64,000 nucleotides of DNA, from contig JBBIJY010000001.1 in NCBI GenBank assembly GCA_037445735.1, positions 1 through 64,000 on the forward strand. Direction: 5' to 3'. This document shows positions 18,608 to 28,903 of this stretch, piece by piece. The notes under the pieces are model-generated. The model saw only the letters and a program-made list of their open reading frames with translations. It made no database searches and was not told the DNA's origin. This stretch comes from Armatimonadota bacterium (GTDB taxonomy: Bacteria > Armatimonadota > Fimbriimonadia > Fimbriimonadales > GBS-DC). The stretch's first letter is position 1; each line of letters opens with the position of its first letter. A program made the translations under genes and the position numbers.

Positions 18608-19633
18608 CTACGGCACATTCGAAGCGTGTCCCCGAATCTCGCGGATTGCCTGCAGATGCTCGCTGTAGGTGCGGGTGAAGCGGTGGTAGCCATCCGCCTG
18701 CGCCACATAGTAGAGATAATCCACCGGCGCGGGGTTCAGCGCAGCGCGCACGCTCGCCAGACCAGGGCTGGCAATCGGTCCCGGCGGCAGACCCCTGCGC
18801 CGATAGGTGTTATACGGCGATGGATGTTGCAAATCGCGATACAGCACACGCGACTTCCACTGCCCCATGCCGTACAGCACCGTCGCGTCGATCTGCAACG
18901 GCAGTCCCTTTTTGAGCCGATTGTAGATGACAGCAGCGATCAGGGGGCGGTCAGTGTCGTGCATCGCTTCCTTTTCAATCATCGAGGCGACGGTCAGCAC
19001 CTCGTGCAGGCTCTGCTGGCGTTGCTCCATCTGCTGGCGATAGGGCAGGTAGACCTGTTGCAGGGTCGCCCGCAGCATCACGCGGATCGCCCGCTCGGCG
19101 CCGCTGCCAGGTGGCAGCCGATAGGTGCTGGGGAACAGATAGCCCTCCAGCGTGCCCTGCTCGGGCAGCGGCAGCCCCACATCCCGAAAGCGCCAGGGCT
19201 GACTGCAGAGCTTGAGGAACTCCTTCGCGTCGGCGATGCCGCGCTCGTGCAGGCGTTGCGCGATTCGGAAGCGGTTCCAGCCTTCGGGGATGGTGACCCA
19301 GTTGCGGGTGAACCGCTCATCAATCAGAATCCGGGCGATTTCAAAGAGCGTCTGGTTGGGGCTGAACTCGTAGTCGCCGGGTGCGATGCGCTGTTTGCCG
19401 TTCCAGCGCAGATAGAGTTTGAGCAGGGTCGGGTTGCGGATGAGCTTGCGCTCGGCGAGGCGCTGGGCGATGGCTTCGGGCGTGAGCGGCTCGCGCAGGC
19501 GCACCAGCTGCGGCTGGAAGCGCGAGCTAAGCGGGCGCGTCTGACGATACACCCACCATGCGACGCCACCCGCGCCCAGTAGCAGCAGACCTGCCCCTAT
19601 CAGCAGCCACTTCAGCCATCGTCGCATGCTCAT
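18608..19633 (-). CDS. mltG: Endolytic transglycosylase MltG
   Basis: VTIPEG, LEGYLFP.TY, ASMIEKE, LQIDATV and SPYNTY..GLPPGPI motifs. Confidence 0.95.
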   Translation of the reverse strand: MSMRRWLKWLLIGAGLLLLGAGGVAWWVYRQTRPLSSRFQPQLVRLREPLTPEAIAQRLAERKLIRNPTLLKLYLRWNGKQRIAPGDYEFSPNQTLFEIARILIDERFTRNWVTIPEGWNRFRIAQRLHERGIADAKEFLKLCSQPWRFRDVGLPLPEQGTLEGYLFPSTYRLPPGSGAERAIRVMLRATLQQVYLPYRQQMEQRQQSLHEVLTVASMIEKEAMHDTDRPLIAAVIYNRLKKGLPLQIDATVLYGMGQWKSRVLYRDLQHPSPYNTYRRRGLPPGPIASPGLASVRAALNPAPVDYLYYVAQADGYHRFTRTYSEHLQAIREIRGHASNVP

Positions 19634-19645
19634 CCCTGCCCGAAG

Positions 19646-20026
19646 TCAGCCCCGGCTCACCGCGCGGCGATGGGTTAGCCCCGCAATCAGGCGCGGAATG
19701 CCCGTGAACAGCCCCAGAAAAATCAGCGAGAAGAGCAGAAAGGTCGGGCTGATCGCCAGCAGGGTGGCGCCGCGCCCCAGGAAGACCCACGCGCGCAGCA
19801 CCACGCCCATCACCACGCCCAGCACCCACACCGCCACGAACGCCCAGCGCGGCGGGACAGCCCGATACAGCCCCACCAGCGCCCCGACACCGAACCAGCC
19901 GATATAAAACGGCACCAGCGTGCGCCCGATGTCGGACAGAGTGAACGGCGTGCGATGCTGATGCATCCCGATCAGCACGAACGCCAGGATCGCGATTGCA
20001 TCCCACGCCAGCCAGCCCCAGCGCAT
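19646..20026 (-). CDS. DUF3054-like small membrane protein
   Basis: Four TM segments; D...FV.IG..H and PF.IGW motifs. Confidence 0.7.
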   Translation of the reverse strand: MRWGWLAWDAIAILAFVLIGMHQHRTPFTLSDIGRTLVPFYIGWFGVGALVGLYRAVPPRWAFVAVWVLGVVMGVVLRAWVFLGRGATLLAISPTFLLFSLIFLGLFTGIPRLIAGLTHRRAVSRG

Positions 20027-20080
20027 CGATCCTTATCATACCCGCTCCAGCGGGTATACTTGCGAACAGGAGGGTTCGCC

Positions 20081-21523
20081 GTGCGATATATTCCAAGCAT
20101 CGGCATGGAGGTGCATGCGCAGCTGCTCACCGAGAGCAAGATGTTCTGCGCATGCCCCACGCGCTTTGGCGACGCGCCGAACACCAGTGTGTGCCCCATC
20201 TGCCTGGGGTTGCCCGGCACGCTGCCTGTGCCGAACAGGAAGGCGGTCGAGCATGTGATTCGCACCGCGCTCGCGCTCAACTGCCGAATCGCGCCCGTCA
20301 CGCTGTTCTACCGCAAAAACTATTTCTATCCCGACCTGCCCAAAGGCTACCAGATTTCGCAATACGGCGAGGTGCATCCGATAGGCACGCAGGGCTATCT
20401 GGAAATCGTTGTTAATGGCGAGCGCAAGCGCGTGCGCATCAAGCGCGTGCATTTAGAGGAGGATACGGGCAAGCTGCTCCACTACCTGCCAGGCGAAAGT
20501 GAGGTGGACTACAATCGCGCGGGCGTGCCCCTGATGGAGATTGTAACGGACTTCCCGCCCGACCTCCATTCGCCTGAGGAGGCGAAGGAGTATCTGCTCC
20601 AGTTGCGGGCGATTCTGACCTATCTGGGCGTGTGCGATGGCAAGATGGAGGAAGGCTCCCTGCGCTGTGAACCGAACATCAGCGTCGCGCCCGAGGGCGC
20701 TGAACGGCTCGGCGTCAAAACGGAGCTGAAAAACCTCAACTCGTTCCGCTCAGTGGTGCGCGGAATCGAGTTCGAAATCAATCGCCAGATTGCCCTGCTG
20801 GAGCGGGGCGAGCCAGTGGTGCAGGAGACGCGCGGCTGGAACGAAGAGAGCGGCTATAGCTTCCCCATGCGCACCAAAGAGTACGAGCAGGACTACCGCT
20901 ACTTCCCCGAACCTGACATCGTGCCGATCCAGATTACCGACGAGTGGCTGAATGAGTTGCGGGCGACCATTCCCGAACTCCCCTTAGCCAAATGGGAGCG
21001 GTATCAGCGCGAGTATCAGCTCTCGGCTTACGATGCGAGCGTGCTGACCGCCGATTATGAGACGGCAAGCTTTTTTGAGGGCTGTGTGGCACACGGCTGT
21101 GAACCCAAAGCCGCCTGCAGCTGGATCACTGTCGAGCTGGCGGGTCGGCTGAACGAAGATAACAGGCGTATCAGCGACACGCCACTGACCCCCGCCCACC
21201 TCGCTGACCTGCTGAGCCTCATCAAAAACGGCACCATCAGCGGGCGCATCGCCAAAGAGCTGTTCGATGAGGTGTACCAGACGGGGCGGATGCCCTCCGA
21301 CATCGTGAGGGAGCGCGGCTTAACGCAAATCTCAGACGAACAGGTGCTGCGCGCCGCGGTGCAGCGGGTAATCGACGAGAACCCCGACGCCGTGCAAAAA
21401 TACAGGGGCGGCAAGACGGGCGTGATGGGCTTTCTGGTCGGACAGGTGATGAAGGCAACCCAGGGACGGGCGAACCCCCAGCGCGTGCAGGAGCTGTTGC
21501 GCGAGGAACTGGAGCGAGTATAA
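20081..21523 (+). CDS. gatB: Asp/Glu-tRNA amidotransferase subunit B
   Basis: [41 protein letters not shown] and [11 protein letters not shown] start after GGAGG. Confidence 0.97.
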   Translation: MRYIPSIGMEVHAQLLTESKMFCACPTRFGDAPNTSVCPICLGLPGTLPVPNRKAVEHVIRTALALNCRIAPVTLFYRKNYFYPDLPKGYQISQYGEVHPIGTQGYLEIVVNGERKRVRIKRVHLEEDTGKLLHYLPGESEVDYNRAGVPLMEIVTDFPPDLHSPEEAKEYLLQLRAILTYLGVCDGKMEEGSLRCEPNISVAPEGAERLGVKTELKNLNSFRSVVRGIEFEINRQIALLERGEPVVQETRGWNEESGYSFPMRTKEYEQDYRYFPEPDIVPIQITDEWLNELRATIPELPLAKWERYQREYQLSAYDASVLTADYETASFFEGCVAHGCEPKAACSWITVELAGRLNEDNRRISDTPLTPAHLADLLSLIKNGTISGRIAKELFDEVYQTGRMPSDIVRERGLTQISDEQVLRAAVQRVIDENPDAVQKYRGGKTGVMGFLVGQVMKATQGRANPQRVQELLREELERV

Positions 21524-21533
21524 TAGACTCTGT

Positions 21534-21562
21534 GGAGAGCGGAAGCAGCGCTTCCGCTCTCC
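21534..21562. repeat. Palindromic repeat family B (GGAGAGCGGAAGC-N3-GCTTCCGCTCTCC)
   Basis: 13-bp perfect stem. Related copies at 58562-58592 and 63496-63516. Confidence 0.75.
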
Positions 21563-21588
21563 GACAAAGACCGGAGGCGACAACAACG

Positions 21589-22074
21589 GTGTTCCGACTT
21601 TTTCGGCGCAGTAAGCCTGAGTCGAGCGAGCAGAGCGAAGCGATACCGAGCCACCTGCTCGTGCCCTTCAGCAACACCGCCGAGGACCAGCAGGTTCTGC
21701 AGTTCGCCTGCGAGCTGGCGGACGCGCTGGGCGCGCGGCTGACCGCGCTCTGCCTGGTGGAGGTGCCCCGCTCCTTCAGCCTGCAGGAGTGCCCGCAGGC
21801 GCGACTCGCCGAAGGCGAACAGATGGCCCAAGCTGCCCGCGAAATCGCCCAGCAGGTGGGGCTGCGCCACTTCGAAGTGCACATCAAGCCCGCTTACCAC
21901 TGCGGGCACACCATCGTCGATATGGTGAAGGAGCTACGCGCCGACATGGTGCTGATGGCAGCCCGCTACCGACGCCGACTGGGACTGCAAACGCTGGACG
22001 ACACGGTGGAGACCGTGCTGCGCCGCGCACCCTGCCAGGTGTGGCTCTACGGAACGCCCGAAGGGGAGAAATAA
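21589..22074 (+). CDS. Universal stress protein
   Basis: HLLVP...A..LA...ADMVLM...VETVLRRAPCQV; GGAGG RBS. Confidence 0.85.
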   Translation: MFRLFRRSKPESSEQSEAIPSHLLVPFSNTAEDQQVLQFACELADALGARLTALCLVEVPRSFSLQECPQARLAEGEQMAQAAREIAQQVGLRHFEVHIKPAYHCGHTIVDMVKELRADMVLMAARYRRRLGLQTLDDTVETVLRRAPCQVWLYGTPEGEK

Positions 22075-22076
22075 CC

Positions 22077-22541
22077 ATGCGAATCGTGATTATGGGCTGT
22101 GGACGCACAGGTTCAATCCTCGCGCTGCTGATGAGTCAGGCGGGGCATCAGGTGACCATCATTGAGCGCTCGCAGGACGCGCTGCTGCGGCTGGGACGGC
22201 ATCACACCTGCCAGATTGTGATTGGCGACGGGCTGGACGAAGACACCCTGCGCCGCGCCGAGGTGGACAAAGCCGACGCTTTCATCGCCTGCACGCAGGG
22301 CGATAACACCAACCTGATGGTGGCGCAGATGGTGCGCGAACTGTTCGGCGTGCAGCGCGTGGCGGCGAAGGTGAACGACCCCGTGCGGGCTGACGCCTAT
22401 CGGCAATACGGCATCTTCACGCTCACCTCTGGCTCCCTGCTGGCAGGCTACCTGCGCGACTGGTTGCTGAACCAGCCGACCCGCAACATCGAGGAATACA
22501 ACCAGTTCTATCCTGAACTGCGAGTGCTGCTGCAGGATTAG
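22077..22541 (+). CDS. TrkA-N (RCK_N) NAD-binding potassium-uptake regulatory protein
   Basis: MRIVIMGCGRTG, GDG.D and D..N motifs. Confidence 0.88.
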   Translation: MRIVIMGCGRTGSILALLMSQAGHQVTIIERSQDALLRLGRHHTCQIVIGDGLDEDTLRRAEVDKADAFIACTQGDNTNLMVAQMVRELFGVQRVAAKVNDPVRADAYRQYGIFTLTSGSLLAGYLRDWLLNQPTRNIEEYNQFYPELRVLLQD

Positions 22542-22543
22542 CG

Positions 22544-23425
22544 ATGGCACGCGGTGCGTGGCGGCTTCTGGTTGTCGGTCTGCTCATCAGCGCTTGCAAT
22601 ACAGGGCGCCAGCCCAGCCCCGAACAGTTCCGCTACCCGCTTGCTGTCTATATTCAATCGGCTCCGAACGACTTCTGGCAGGCGATGGAGGCGGGGCTGC
22701 GTGCGCGGCTCAATCAGCCTGGTATGGAGCTGACGGTGCGCCACTTCGATGCAGGGGCGCGCGACGCGGTGGCTCGCCAGCTGCGGGAGGGTGAATGGCG
22801 GGCGGTCGCGCTCTGCAGTCCGCCCGATCAGTGGGCCGTGGAAACCATCCGGCAGGTGATGGGGAACGGAATCCCGCTGTTGTGCGTCGCGACCGATGTG
22901 CCCGATTCGGTGCGCGCGGGCTTTGTGGGCACTTATTACTACGATGCGGGGCGCAAAGCGGGCGCGTGGTATGCCCGACGCCTGCGGCGAGGTGTTGTGG
23001 TGCTCATCACGGGGCATCCTGTGCCGCATGCGGCCAGCGAGTTCTGGGAGGGCTTTCGGCACGGGCTGCTGTTCAATCGGCGACTGCAGGCACAGCTGCT
23101 CTCGTTAGGGGATAGCCGTCAGGCGTGGGCTGCCTTTCAGCGCGTGCGCCGCGACCCATCCGTGCAGGGCATCTTCCTGATGGGCGCGGAAGTCGCTGCA
23201 CAGGTCATGCAGGCACTCACCGATCAGCCCCGCCCGAACCATCTCGGCATCCTGAGCTGGCGTGCCGAAGCTGACGAGTGGTACTTCAACGGGCGATGCG
23301 ATTTGCTCGTTCGGGAGCAGCCCCAGCAGATAGGTGAGCGGTTAGCCAACCTGTTGCGCGACCACAGTGCAGGGCGCGGCAAGCCCCAGACCGTGTTTAT
23401 TCCCTATGTGTGGCGGGCACGCTGA
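22544..23425 (+). CDS. Periplasmic sugar-binding-like lipoprotein
   Basis: Lipobox ISAC; NDFW..M..G and FVGT.YY.AG motifs. Confidence 0.7.
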   Translation: MARGAWRLLVVGLLISACNTGRQPSPEQFRYPLAVYIQSAPNDFWQAMEAGLRARLNQPGMELTVRHFDAGARDAVARQLREGEWRAVALCSPPDQWAVETIRQVMGNGIPLLCVATDVPDSVRAGFVGTYYYDAGRKAGAWYARRLRRGVVVLITGHPVPHAASEFWEGFRHGLLFNRRLQAQLLSLGDSRQAWAAFQRVRRDPSVQGIFLMGAEVAAQVMQALTDQPRPNHLGILSWRAEADEWYFNGRCDLLVREQPQQIGERLANLLRDHSAGRGKPQTVFIPYVWRAR

Positions 23426-23427
23426 TG

Positions 23428-23474
23428 CCCCCTCACCCATACCCTCTCCCCTCCTTACAAAGAGGGGAGAGGGT
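23428..23474. repeat. Palindromic repeat family A (CCCTCACCCNNNCCCTCTCCC...GGGAGAGGG)
   Basis: Intergenic copy between convergent genes. Confidence 0.8.
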
Positions 23475-23483
23475 ATTATCTCG

Positions 23484-25214
23484 TCACCAGTTGCGCAGCA
23501 CAATATCGGGACCCAGCGGCGGGCACTCGAACACATCGGCGCCACGCTTGCGCAGGTGAACCCCATACCAGAACACGATGTCCTGATTGACCACCGACTC
23601 GCCGTTTGCATACTGGCTGATGTTGGCGAATGAGCCGCTGTTCCCGATCAGTTCCTGGTCAGCGCCGCCGGACTTGTTGCCCTTATAGCGCACGACCCAC
23701 ACATCGCCCTCGCCGGTAGTAGGCAGTTCATAGTAGCCGTCTTTGGGGCCGGGGATAATCTCCACGCTGCGGCGGGTGAGGGTGTTGGTTATGCGCCAGC
23801 GGCGGTTGCGACCGGGCTGGCGGAAGCGCTTCGCCTCCAGCCGAATGAGGTTCCAGCGCGGATGCGGCTCACGCAACGGCGCATCGGCTTCCTCCACGAT
23901 GTGGTTGCCTGCTTCATCGATGTCGAAGTCGATGCGCCAGTAGGCGTTGTGCAGGCGCCCATAGCAGACGCAGGAGCTGTCAACATAGCCGTACAGGAAG
24001 CGCGGGCGAATGATGCCATCGGGATGGAATCGCCAGCCCGGGATGTAGCGGTACCAGCCCGCACTGCACTCGCTGATCAGCACCAGCTCGCCCGTATCGG
24101 GGTCTTCGAAGACGCCCACGCCGCGGAAGTTGCCCGAATCGTTGGCGTCGTCGCAGATGGTGATGGCGCGGGTGCCCGGATTGGCGAAGCGCAGACCATT
24201 ACCCAGATCGGTGCCCGTGCATTTGAAGCAGGTCTCGCTGTAGAGCCAGTCGCGGTAGGGACCGCAGGCGTTGCCGTCATAGAACACATTCAGCACGGGG
24301 ATACCCGCGCGGCGGATGACCAGATGTCCGCGATAGAACACATCGCGCAGCTCCACGCCCGCGCCAAAGGATTGATCGGAGGTGGTGGCGGAGGGTCGGC
24401 GCACCAGCATCTGCCAGATGGGGTTGCTGGCGGGCCAGGCAAGCGCCTGCCACGCGCTACCACCAGGGCCGGAACAGGTGCCACCTGAAGCGGGTCCGTT
24501 GCACGCAGCGGGGAAGAAGTCGCTGCTGCCTGTGCCGTAGCCCGCCACGCGCTGGTCGACCATGTCGATGAAGAAGGTGCCAATCTCGCGCTCGCGTCCG
24601 CTACCGGGTCGGAAGTGCATCAGCACGGCGATAGTGCGATGCTCGGGCGGCTTGCCACCGGTGGGCACGCCGTCGTAGCGCTCCAGCGTGGTGGGGGGCG
24701 CGACCTCGGTCAGCACGGGCGGCATGCCGGGCGAGCAGAAGGCGATGCCACGACGCAGCGGCTCGCCATATTTGGGGTCCGCCATCAGAATCTCCACCGC
24801 CTCGCGGAACTCCTCCTCCGAGAAGAGGTAGGGCTGCTCCCTGAGCGGCTGCAGGATCACGCGCCGTGCGCGCGGGAAATCCGCAACTACACGATAGCCG
24901 ATGTTGTTCGTGTAGTCGTAGATGATCAGGATGGCGTTATCGGGCGGGGGCAGCGTGCCAGGCTCGCGTCCCCACGGGTAGTGAAGGCTGGCTTGCAGCA
25001 CATTGTAGCGCACCTTCTCCAGGAATCGCATCGACGGGTGCGCCATCAGGTTGCGAGCGAACTCCACTGTATCGCGTTCAGTAATCACATGGAAGATGCC
25101 CACCCGCACACTGGTGCCCCGCACGGGCACAGCGTCGCGGATGGAGCGTACCAGCGGCAACCCCAGCGGGTTGTCTGCCTGCAAAGCCTGCACTGCGTTC
25201 AATAACTTGACCAT
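23484..25214 (-). CDS. Copper amine oxidase-like fold protein with degenerate active-site motifs
   Basis: QP..SEEEFREAVEIL.AD, GWYRY...WRFHPDG.I, YWRIDFDID..N, VWVVRY and ESVVNQDIVFWY resemble CAO blocks. Confidence 0.6.
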   Translation of the reverse strand: MVKLLNAVQALQADNPLGLPLVRSIRDAVPVRGTSVRVGIFHVITERDTVEFARNLMAHPSMRFLEKVRYNVLQASLHYPWGREPGTLPPPDNAILIIYDYTNNIGYRVVADFPRARRVILQPLREQPYLFSEEEFREAVEILMADPKYGEPLRRGIAFCSPGMPPVLTEVAPPTTLERYDGVPTGGKPPEHRTIAVLMHFRPGSGREREIGTFFIDMVDQRVAGYGTGSSDFFPAACNGPASGGTCSGPGGSAWQALAWPASNPIWQMLVRRPSATTSDQSFGAGVELRDVFYRGHLVIRRAGIPVLNVFYDGNACGPYRDWLYSETCFKCTGTDLGNGLRFANPGTRAITICDDANDSGNFRGVGVFEDPDTGELVLISECSAGWYRYIPGWRFHPDGIIRPRFLYGYVDSSCVCYGRLHNAYWRIDFDIDEAGNHIVEEADAPLREPHPRWNLIRLEAKRFRQPGRNRRWRITNTLTRRSVEIIPGPKDGYYELPTTGEGDVWVVRYKGNKSGGADQELIGNSGSFANISQYANGESVVNQDIVFWYGVHLRKRGADVFECPPLGPDIVLRNW

Positions 25215-25228
25215 CGTCCTGTACCTCC

Positions 25229-27067
25229 TTAGGGTTGCGTGCGTACCCGAATCACCGTGCTGGGTGGCGAAGCGTTGCCGCCCATATCGATGGCACGCAC
25301 AGAGTATTCATATTCCGTGTCGGGATGAAGTCCTGCATCGTCGAAGGTGGTCTCGGTGCTGAAGGTGGTGGCGAGAAGGCGCGGGCGAGCCTCATAAGGG
25401 GCGCGGCGCCAGATTTCGTAGTAGACCACCTTTTCATTATCGGTGGACGCGCTCCATGCCAGCCGAATGCGGGTCGACGAGAGCGCGTTGCCAGTTAGAT
25501 TAGTGGGCGTTGTGGGTGGCTGCTGATCGGGCGGATAGACCGCCGTCGCGATGGCAATCGGCGGCGCCTTGTCGGTGGCTAACCACGCCTGATAGAGGCG
25601 CTCGCCCCAGTCGTCGGTCGTATTCGCGCTGCGTAAGAATTCGATATATTCGCGCGTGATGACCTGATAGTAGAGCGTTGCCCGCACTTTGACGGTGCCA
25701 GGGGGCGGGTTATAGGCGGCGTCATCCCAGAACTGCCCATCACGATAGGAGACGCCGACGGGCTGGGCGCGCCGCTGGGCGAACGCGCTGTGGCGGAAAC
25801 CCTGTGGCGGGATTCGATTATCGAACAGCACCGTGTTGGCACGCATCATGTGGAAGGTGGGCGTGCCATTCTCGCCCAGCTTCGCCCGATAAATGCGGGC
25901 TTGCGGGTCTTCAATCAGGGTGGCGGTCTCAAAGTCATAGCGCCCCGATTCGCCGATCACATTCCCGCGCGCGTCCAGAAACTCCACATGAATCCATGCG
26001 CGTCGTGCGTCAGGGTCACCTGTGGGGAACTTGTGTCCTGTGCGGTTGTACACACGGAACACGATGGGGCTGCCCCGCTTGGGCCGTTGCTGGATGTTGA
26101 GCTTTGCTGCCTGCCGCAGCATCTGGATGGCGCGGTAGCGTCCAGCTGTGAGCGCGTCCAGCGCCCAGTCGTCATAGCCCCAGAACATGGGCAGGATTTG
26201 CAGGACCCAGTAGTTGCTGCCGGTGAAGGTGTGGCGGTGCAGATCGGGGCGCACTGGAGCGGGCTGCTCTTCTGCCGCTTTGCCTGTTGTTTTAGGCATG
26301 TGGCAGTCCTGGCACTGGATGCCGCGCCGTGCATAGTCGCTCAGCAGCCATTCGCTGTAGATGCGGGTGATGGGCATGTACTGGTGCGGTGGCTGAGTGA
26401 GGGGGTTCTGGGCGAAGCGGGGGTTGCTCACCTCGTGGCACTGACCGCAAAGGTGTCCGCTGGTGTGGAAGGGCGAGTAGAGCCAGTCATGGTTAGCGCG
26501 GGAGTCGCTTCGCGGACCGCGCTTGGCGGTGTCGTTCGAAATCACTATCATGCCGTTGCCGTAGCCGGGCACGGGATGGTCGCTGAGGCTACGCCCCTCC
26601 TCGCTGAGCGGATCCACCATGCGATGGCACACATCGCACTGGACGCCGTTGAGGTCATCGGTATTGAAGCTGGAGCCGTCATAGGGCTGGGAGCGCATCT
26701 CCAGCCATGCGGTGGGCGAGTGGCATCGCCAGCAGAATTGTGCGGAGCCGGGTGCATCCTGTTCGGCGATGGTGAGCGCGGCGCGAAAGACGGGGTCGCG
26801 TGCCGCCTGCGCCATCATGTTGCCCATCCACTGGAAGTGCGGCTCCTGTTCGCTGGTGAAGTAGGGGTTCACGCCCCCTGTTTCAGGGTCATAGGCGTAT
26901 CGGCTGTTGCCATGGCAATACTGGCACAGTTCGGTGGACTGGAAAGCATACCCTTCTTCACGGGGTTGAGAGCCAGGGAGATAGAATCCGCCGCCGCCCA
27001 GCGCCATCAGCATGATGGATGGCACCAGGTAGGCACCGATGATCACCCGTCGCTTGTCGGTTATCAT
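25229..27067 (-). CDS. Multiheme cytochrome c (5 CxxCH) with C-terminal fibronectin type III domain
   Basis: CQYCH, CWRCH, CDVCH, CGQCH, CQDCH; N-terminal hydrophobic segment; PPTTPTNL...W.ASTDN...YEYSVRAID.GGN.S. Confidence 0.88.
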   Translation of the reverse strand: MITDKRRVIIGAYLVPSIMLMALGGGGFYLPGSQPREEGYAFQSTELCQYCHGNSRYAYDPETGGVNPYFTSEQEPHFQWMGNMMAQAARDPVFRAALTIAEQDAPGSAQFCWRCHSPTAWLEMRSQPYDGSSFNTDDLNGVQCDVCHRMVDPLSEEGRSLSDHPVPGYGNGMIVISNDTAKRGPRSDSRANHDWLYSPFHTSGHLCGQCHEVSNPRFAQNPLTQPPHQYMPITRIYSEWLLSDYARRGIQCQDCHMPKTTGKAAEEQPAPVRPDLHRHTFTGSNYWVLQILPMFWGYDDWALDALTAGRYRAIQMLRQAAKLNIQQRPKRGSPIVFRVYNRTGHKFPTGDPDARRAWIHVEFLDARGNVIGESGRYDFETATLIEDPQARIYRAKLGENGTPTFHMMRANTVLFDNRIPPQGFRHSAFAQRRAQPVGVSYRDGQFWDDAAYNPPPGTVKVRATLYYQVITREYIEFLRSANTTDDWGERLYQAWLATDKAPPIAIATAVYPPDQQPPTTPTNLTGNALSSTRIRLAWSASTDNEKVVYYEIWRRAPYEARPRLLATTFSTETTFDDAGLHPDTEYEYSVRAIDMGGNASPPSTVIRVRTQP

Positions 27068-27175
27068 AGTAGCTCCTTTCCGACCCTGCTCATCCCCGCT
27101 GGCAGGGTCTTTGGCGAACATGTCTCTCGCACGCAGTCCTATTATACCCTATTTTGGGGGTATACTCCCAGCGGT

Positions 27176-27928
27176 ATGGCGCGGGAGCAGGTGGTGGAGG
27201 GGCTGATTTTGCGCCGCTGGGGCGCGCATGAGGCGGACAAGTGGGTCAGCCTGCTGACACGGGAGCAGGGCAAGCTGCGCCTGCGTGTGAAGGGCGCGTA
27301 TAAACCGACCAGCCGTATGGGGATGCTGGCGGAGCCGCTCAATATCGTGCGCACGCGCGTGGTTCAGGGGCGTCACCAGCGGCTGATGGTTCAGCCCCAG
27401 ATGATCACGGCTTTTTTGAGGGTGCGCAGCGAGCTGGAACGGCTCAGCGCCGCGCTCGCACTGCTGGAGCTGGTGGACCGCTGGCTGCCCGAGGAGCATG
27501 GAGAACCCGCTGTGTATGAGACCGCGGTGGCTGCGCTGACCGCGCTGGAGCAGGGTCAGGAGAGCCTCACAGTGATGGGCTGGGCACTCTGGCGACTGCT
27601 CTCGCTGCTGGGCTACTGTCCGCAACTGGATGCCTGCGCTCGCTGCGGTTGCGCCGATCCCAGCGAGGGCTGGCTGCTGAACGCCGATGAGGGTCAGCTG
27701 CTCTGTGCGCGTTGCGGCGGCAGTCGAACCGCCACGACGCGCCTGTCATCCGGGCAGGTTGCGACCCTGCGCAACTGGGTTCAGCGCGATAGCCCGCCCG
27801 ATTCGCCCGCTCCCGACGCCGCCCCGCTGTTGAGCCTGGCAACTCGCTATGCTGAACATTATCTGGACGATTCCGCCCGCTGGCTGGAGTTTCTCCATCG
27901 CCTGCGCGCCCTGCCCGAAAGGGTGTAA
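27176..27928 (+). CDS. recO: DNA repair protein RecO
   Basis: GLILRR...EADK.VSLLTREQGKL, GY.PQL..C..CG and LLCARC zinc finger. Confidence 0.93.
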   Translation: MAREQVVEGLILRRWGAHEADKWVSLLTREQGKLRLRVKGAYKPTSRMGMLAEPLNIVRTRVVQGRHQRLMVQPQMITAFLRVRSELERLSAALALLELVDRWLPEEHGEPAVYETAVAALTALEQGQESLTVMGWALWRLLSLLGYCPQLDACARCGCADPSEGWLLNADEGQLLCARCGGSRTATTRLSSGQVATLRNWVQRDSPPDSPAPDAAPLLSLATRYAEHYLDDSARWLEFLHRLRALPERV

Positions 27929-28710
27929 AGCATGCCCAGCCCCACCGTGAGCGCGAGCCAGGTGGACGGCTCCGGAATGACCTCTGGCGTGTCACCACGA
28001 TTGATGAAAAGGAGCGGGATCAGCGGTATTAAACCCCACCAGTTGTTGCGGCGGATGGGCGGCATGGGAATCTCCGGCATTTCAGCGGGTGGCACGATCG
28101 GTGGCGGCGATTCAGGCGCCGTTTCGGGCAGGGTCTCCAGCTCACTCAGCGCCGCTGGCGGGAACAGGTCAGCAGCGACCGCCTCCTCCAGTGGCACATC
28201 GACGACTTCCACACCGGGTACCAGCGGTTCTGGCAGGCGCTCCACCAGCACAGGTGGTGATAGCGCAGAAACCACAACGGGAGCCGCTGGCGACTTAACG
28301 GCAGGGCGTGGTAAGCTCACCGCGGGCGTCAGGGGATTGCCGCACTCCGCCAGCAACACGGGCTTCCCCGTGCTCTTCAGCACGAACACCTCTTTCCCGC
28401 GCGGCAGCAACCGACGCTTGACCAGCAACTGCCCATCAGGAGGCGCGTAGTAAACAAAGAACTCGCCGCTGCGCTCCAGACGGGTCAGCCGTAGATTTTT
28501 CTCAAAGAAGTCGGCAATCGCGTAGGCAGGCTGTTTAAAGTGGCGCGCGTAGCGCTGGGCGACCACTGGCTCCGTGCGAATCTGCTGAGCCAGCTCGCGT
28601 GCGCTGCTCACCGGGCGCACCAGATAGCTGTTGCGCGGCATAAACAGGCTGGGGTTCCCCAAGCCCGACGCTCCTGCCAACAGGGCAATCAGTATAGAAC
28701 CAATCCGCAT
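27859..28710 (-). CDS. Exported Pro-rich protein with PEP-CTERM-like C-terminus
   Basis: Signal peptide, ECGNP motif, Pro-rich stalk, then VIPEPSTW, TM segment and RRR. Confidence 0.75.
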   Translation of the reverse strand: MRIGSILIALLAGASGLGNPSLFMPRNSYLVRPVSSARELAQQIRTEPVVAQRYARHFKQPAYAIADFFEKNLRLTRLERSGEFFVYYAPPDGQLLVKRRLLPRGKEVFVLKSTGKPVLLAECGNPLTPAVSLPRPAVKSPAAPVVVSALSPPVLVERLPEPLVPGVEVVDVPLEEAVAADLFPPAALSELETLPETAPESPPPIVPPAEMPEIPMPPIRRNNWWGLIPLIPLLFINRGDTPEVIPEPSTWLALTVGLGMLYTLSGRARRRWRNSSQRAESSR

Positions 28711-28903
28711 CCAACGGAACCTCCCCTCGATCTTTCCACACGGGGCAGCGTGTGGCACAAACGCTTCACACCCCACCAGCACGGTTTTCACCCGTTGTGT
28801 GGAACAGTACCACCCTATCGACGGTGCTGACCCGCCGCAGGTTCCTCAACCATTCTACCTGATGGGCGCGATGGCAATCGTTGCCGACACCCAGGTCGGC
28901 AGC

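Noticed and set aside
25790-27175. Apparent long N-terminal extension of RecO (712-aa ORF)
   Set aside because: It is antisense to the cytochrome gene. RecO homology starts at ATG 27176, just after a -10 box.
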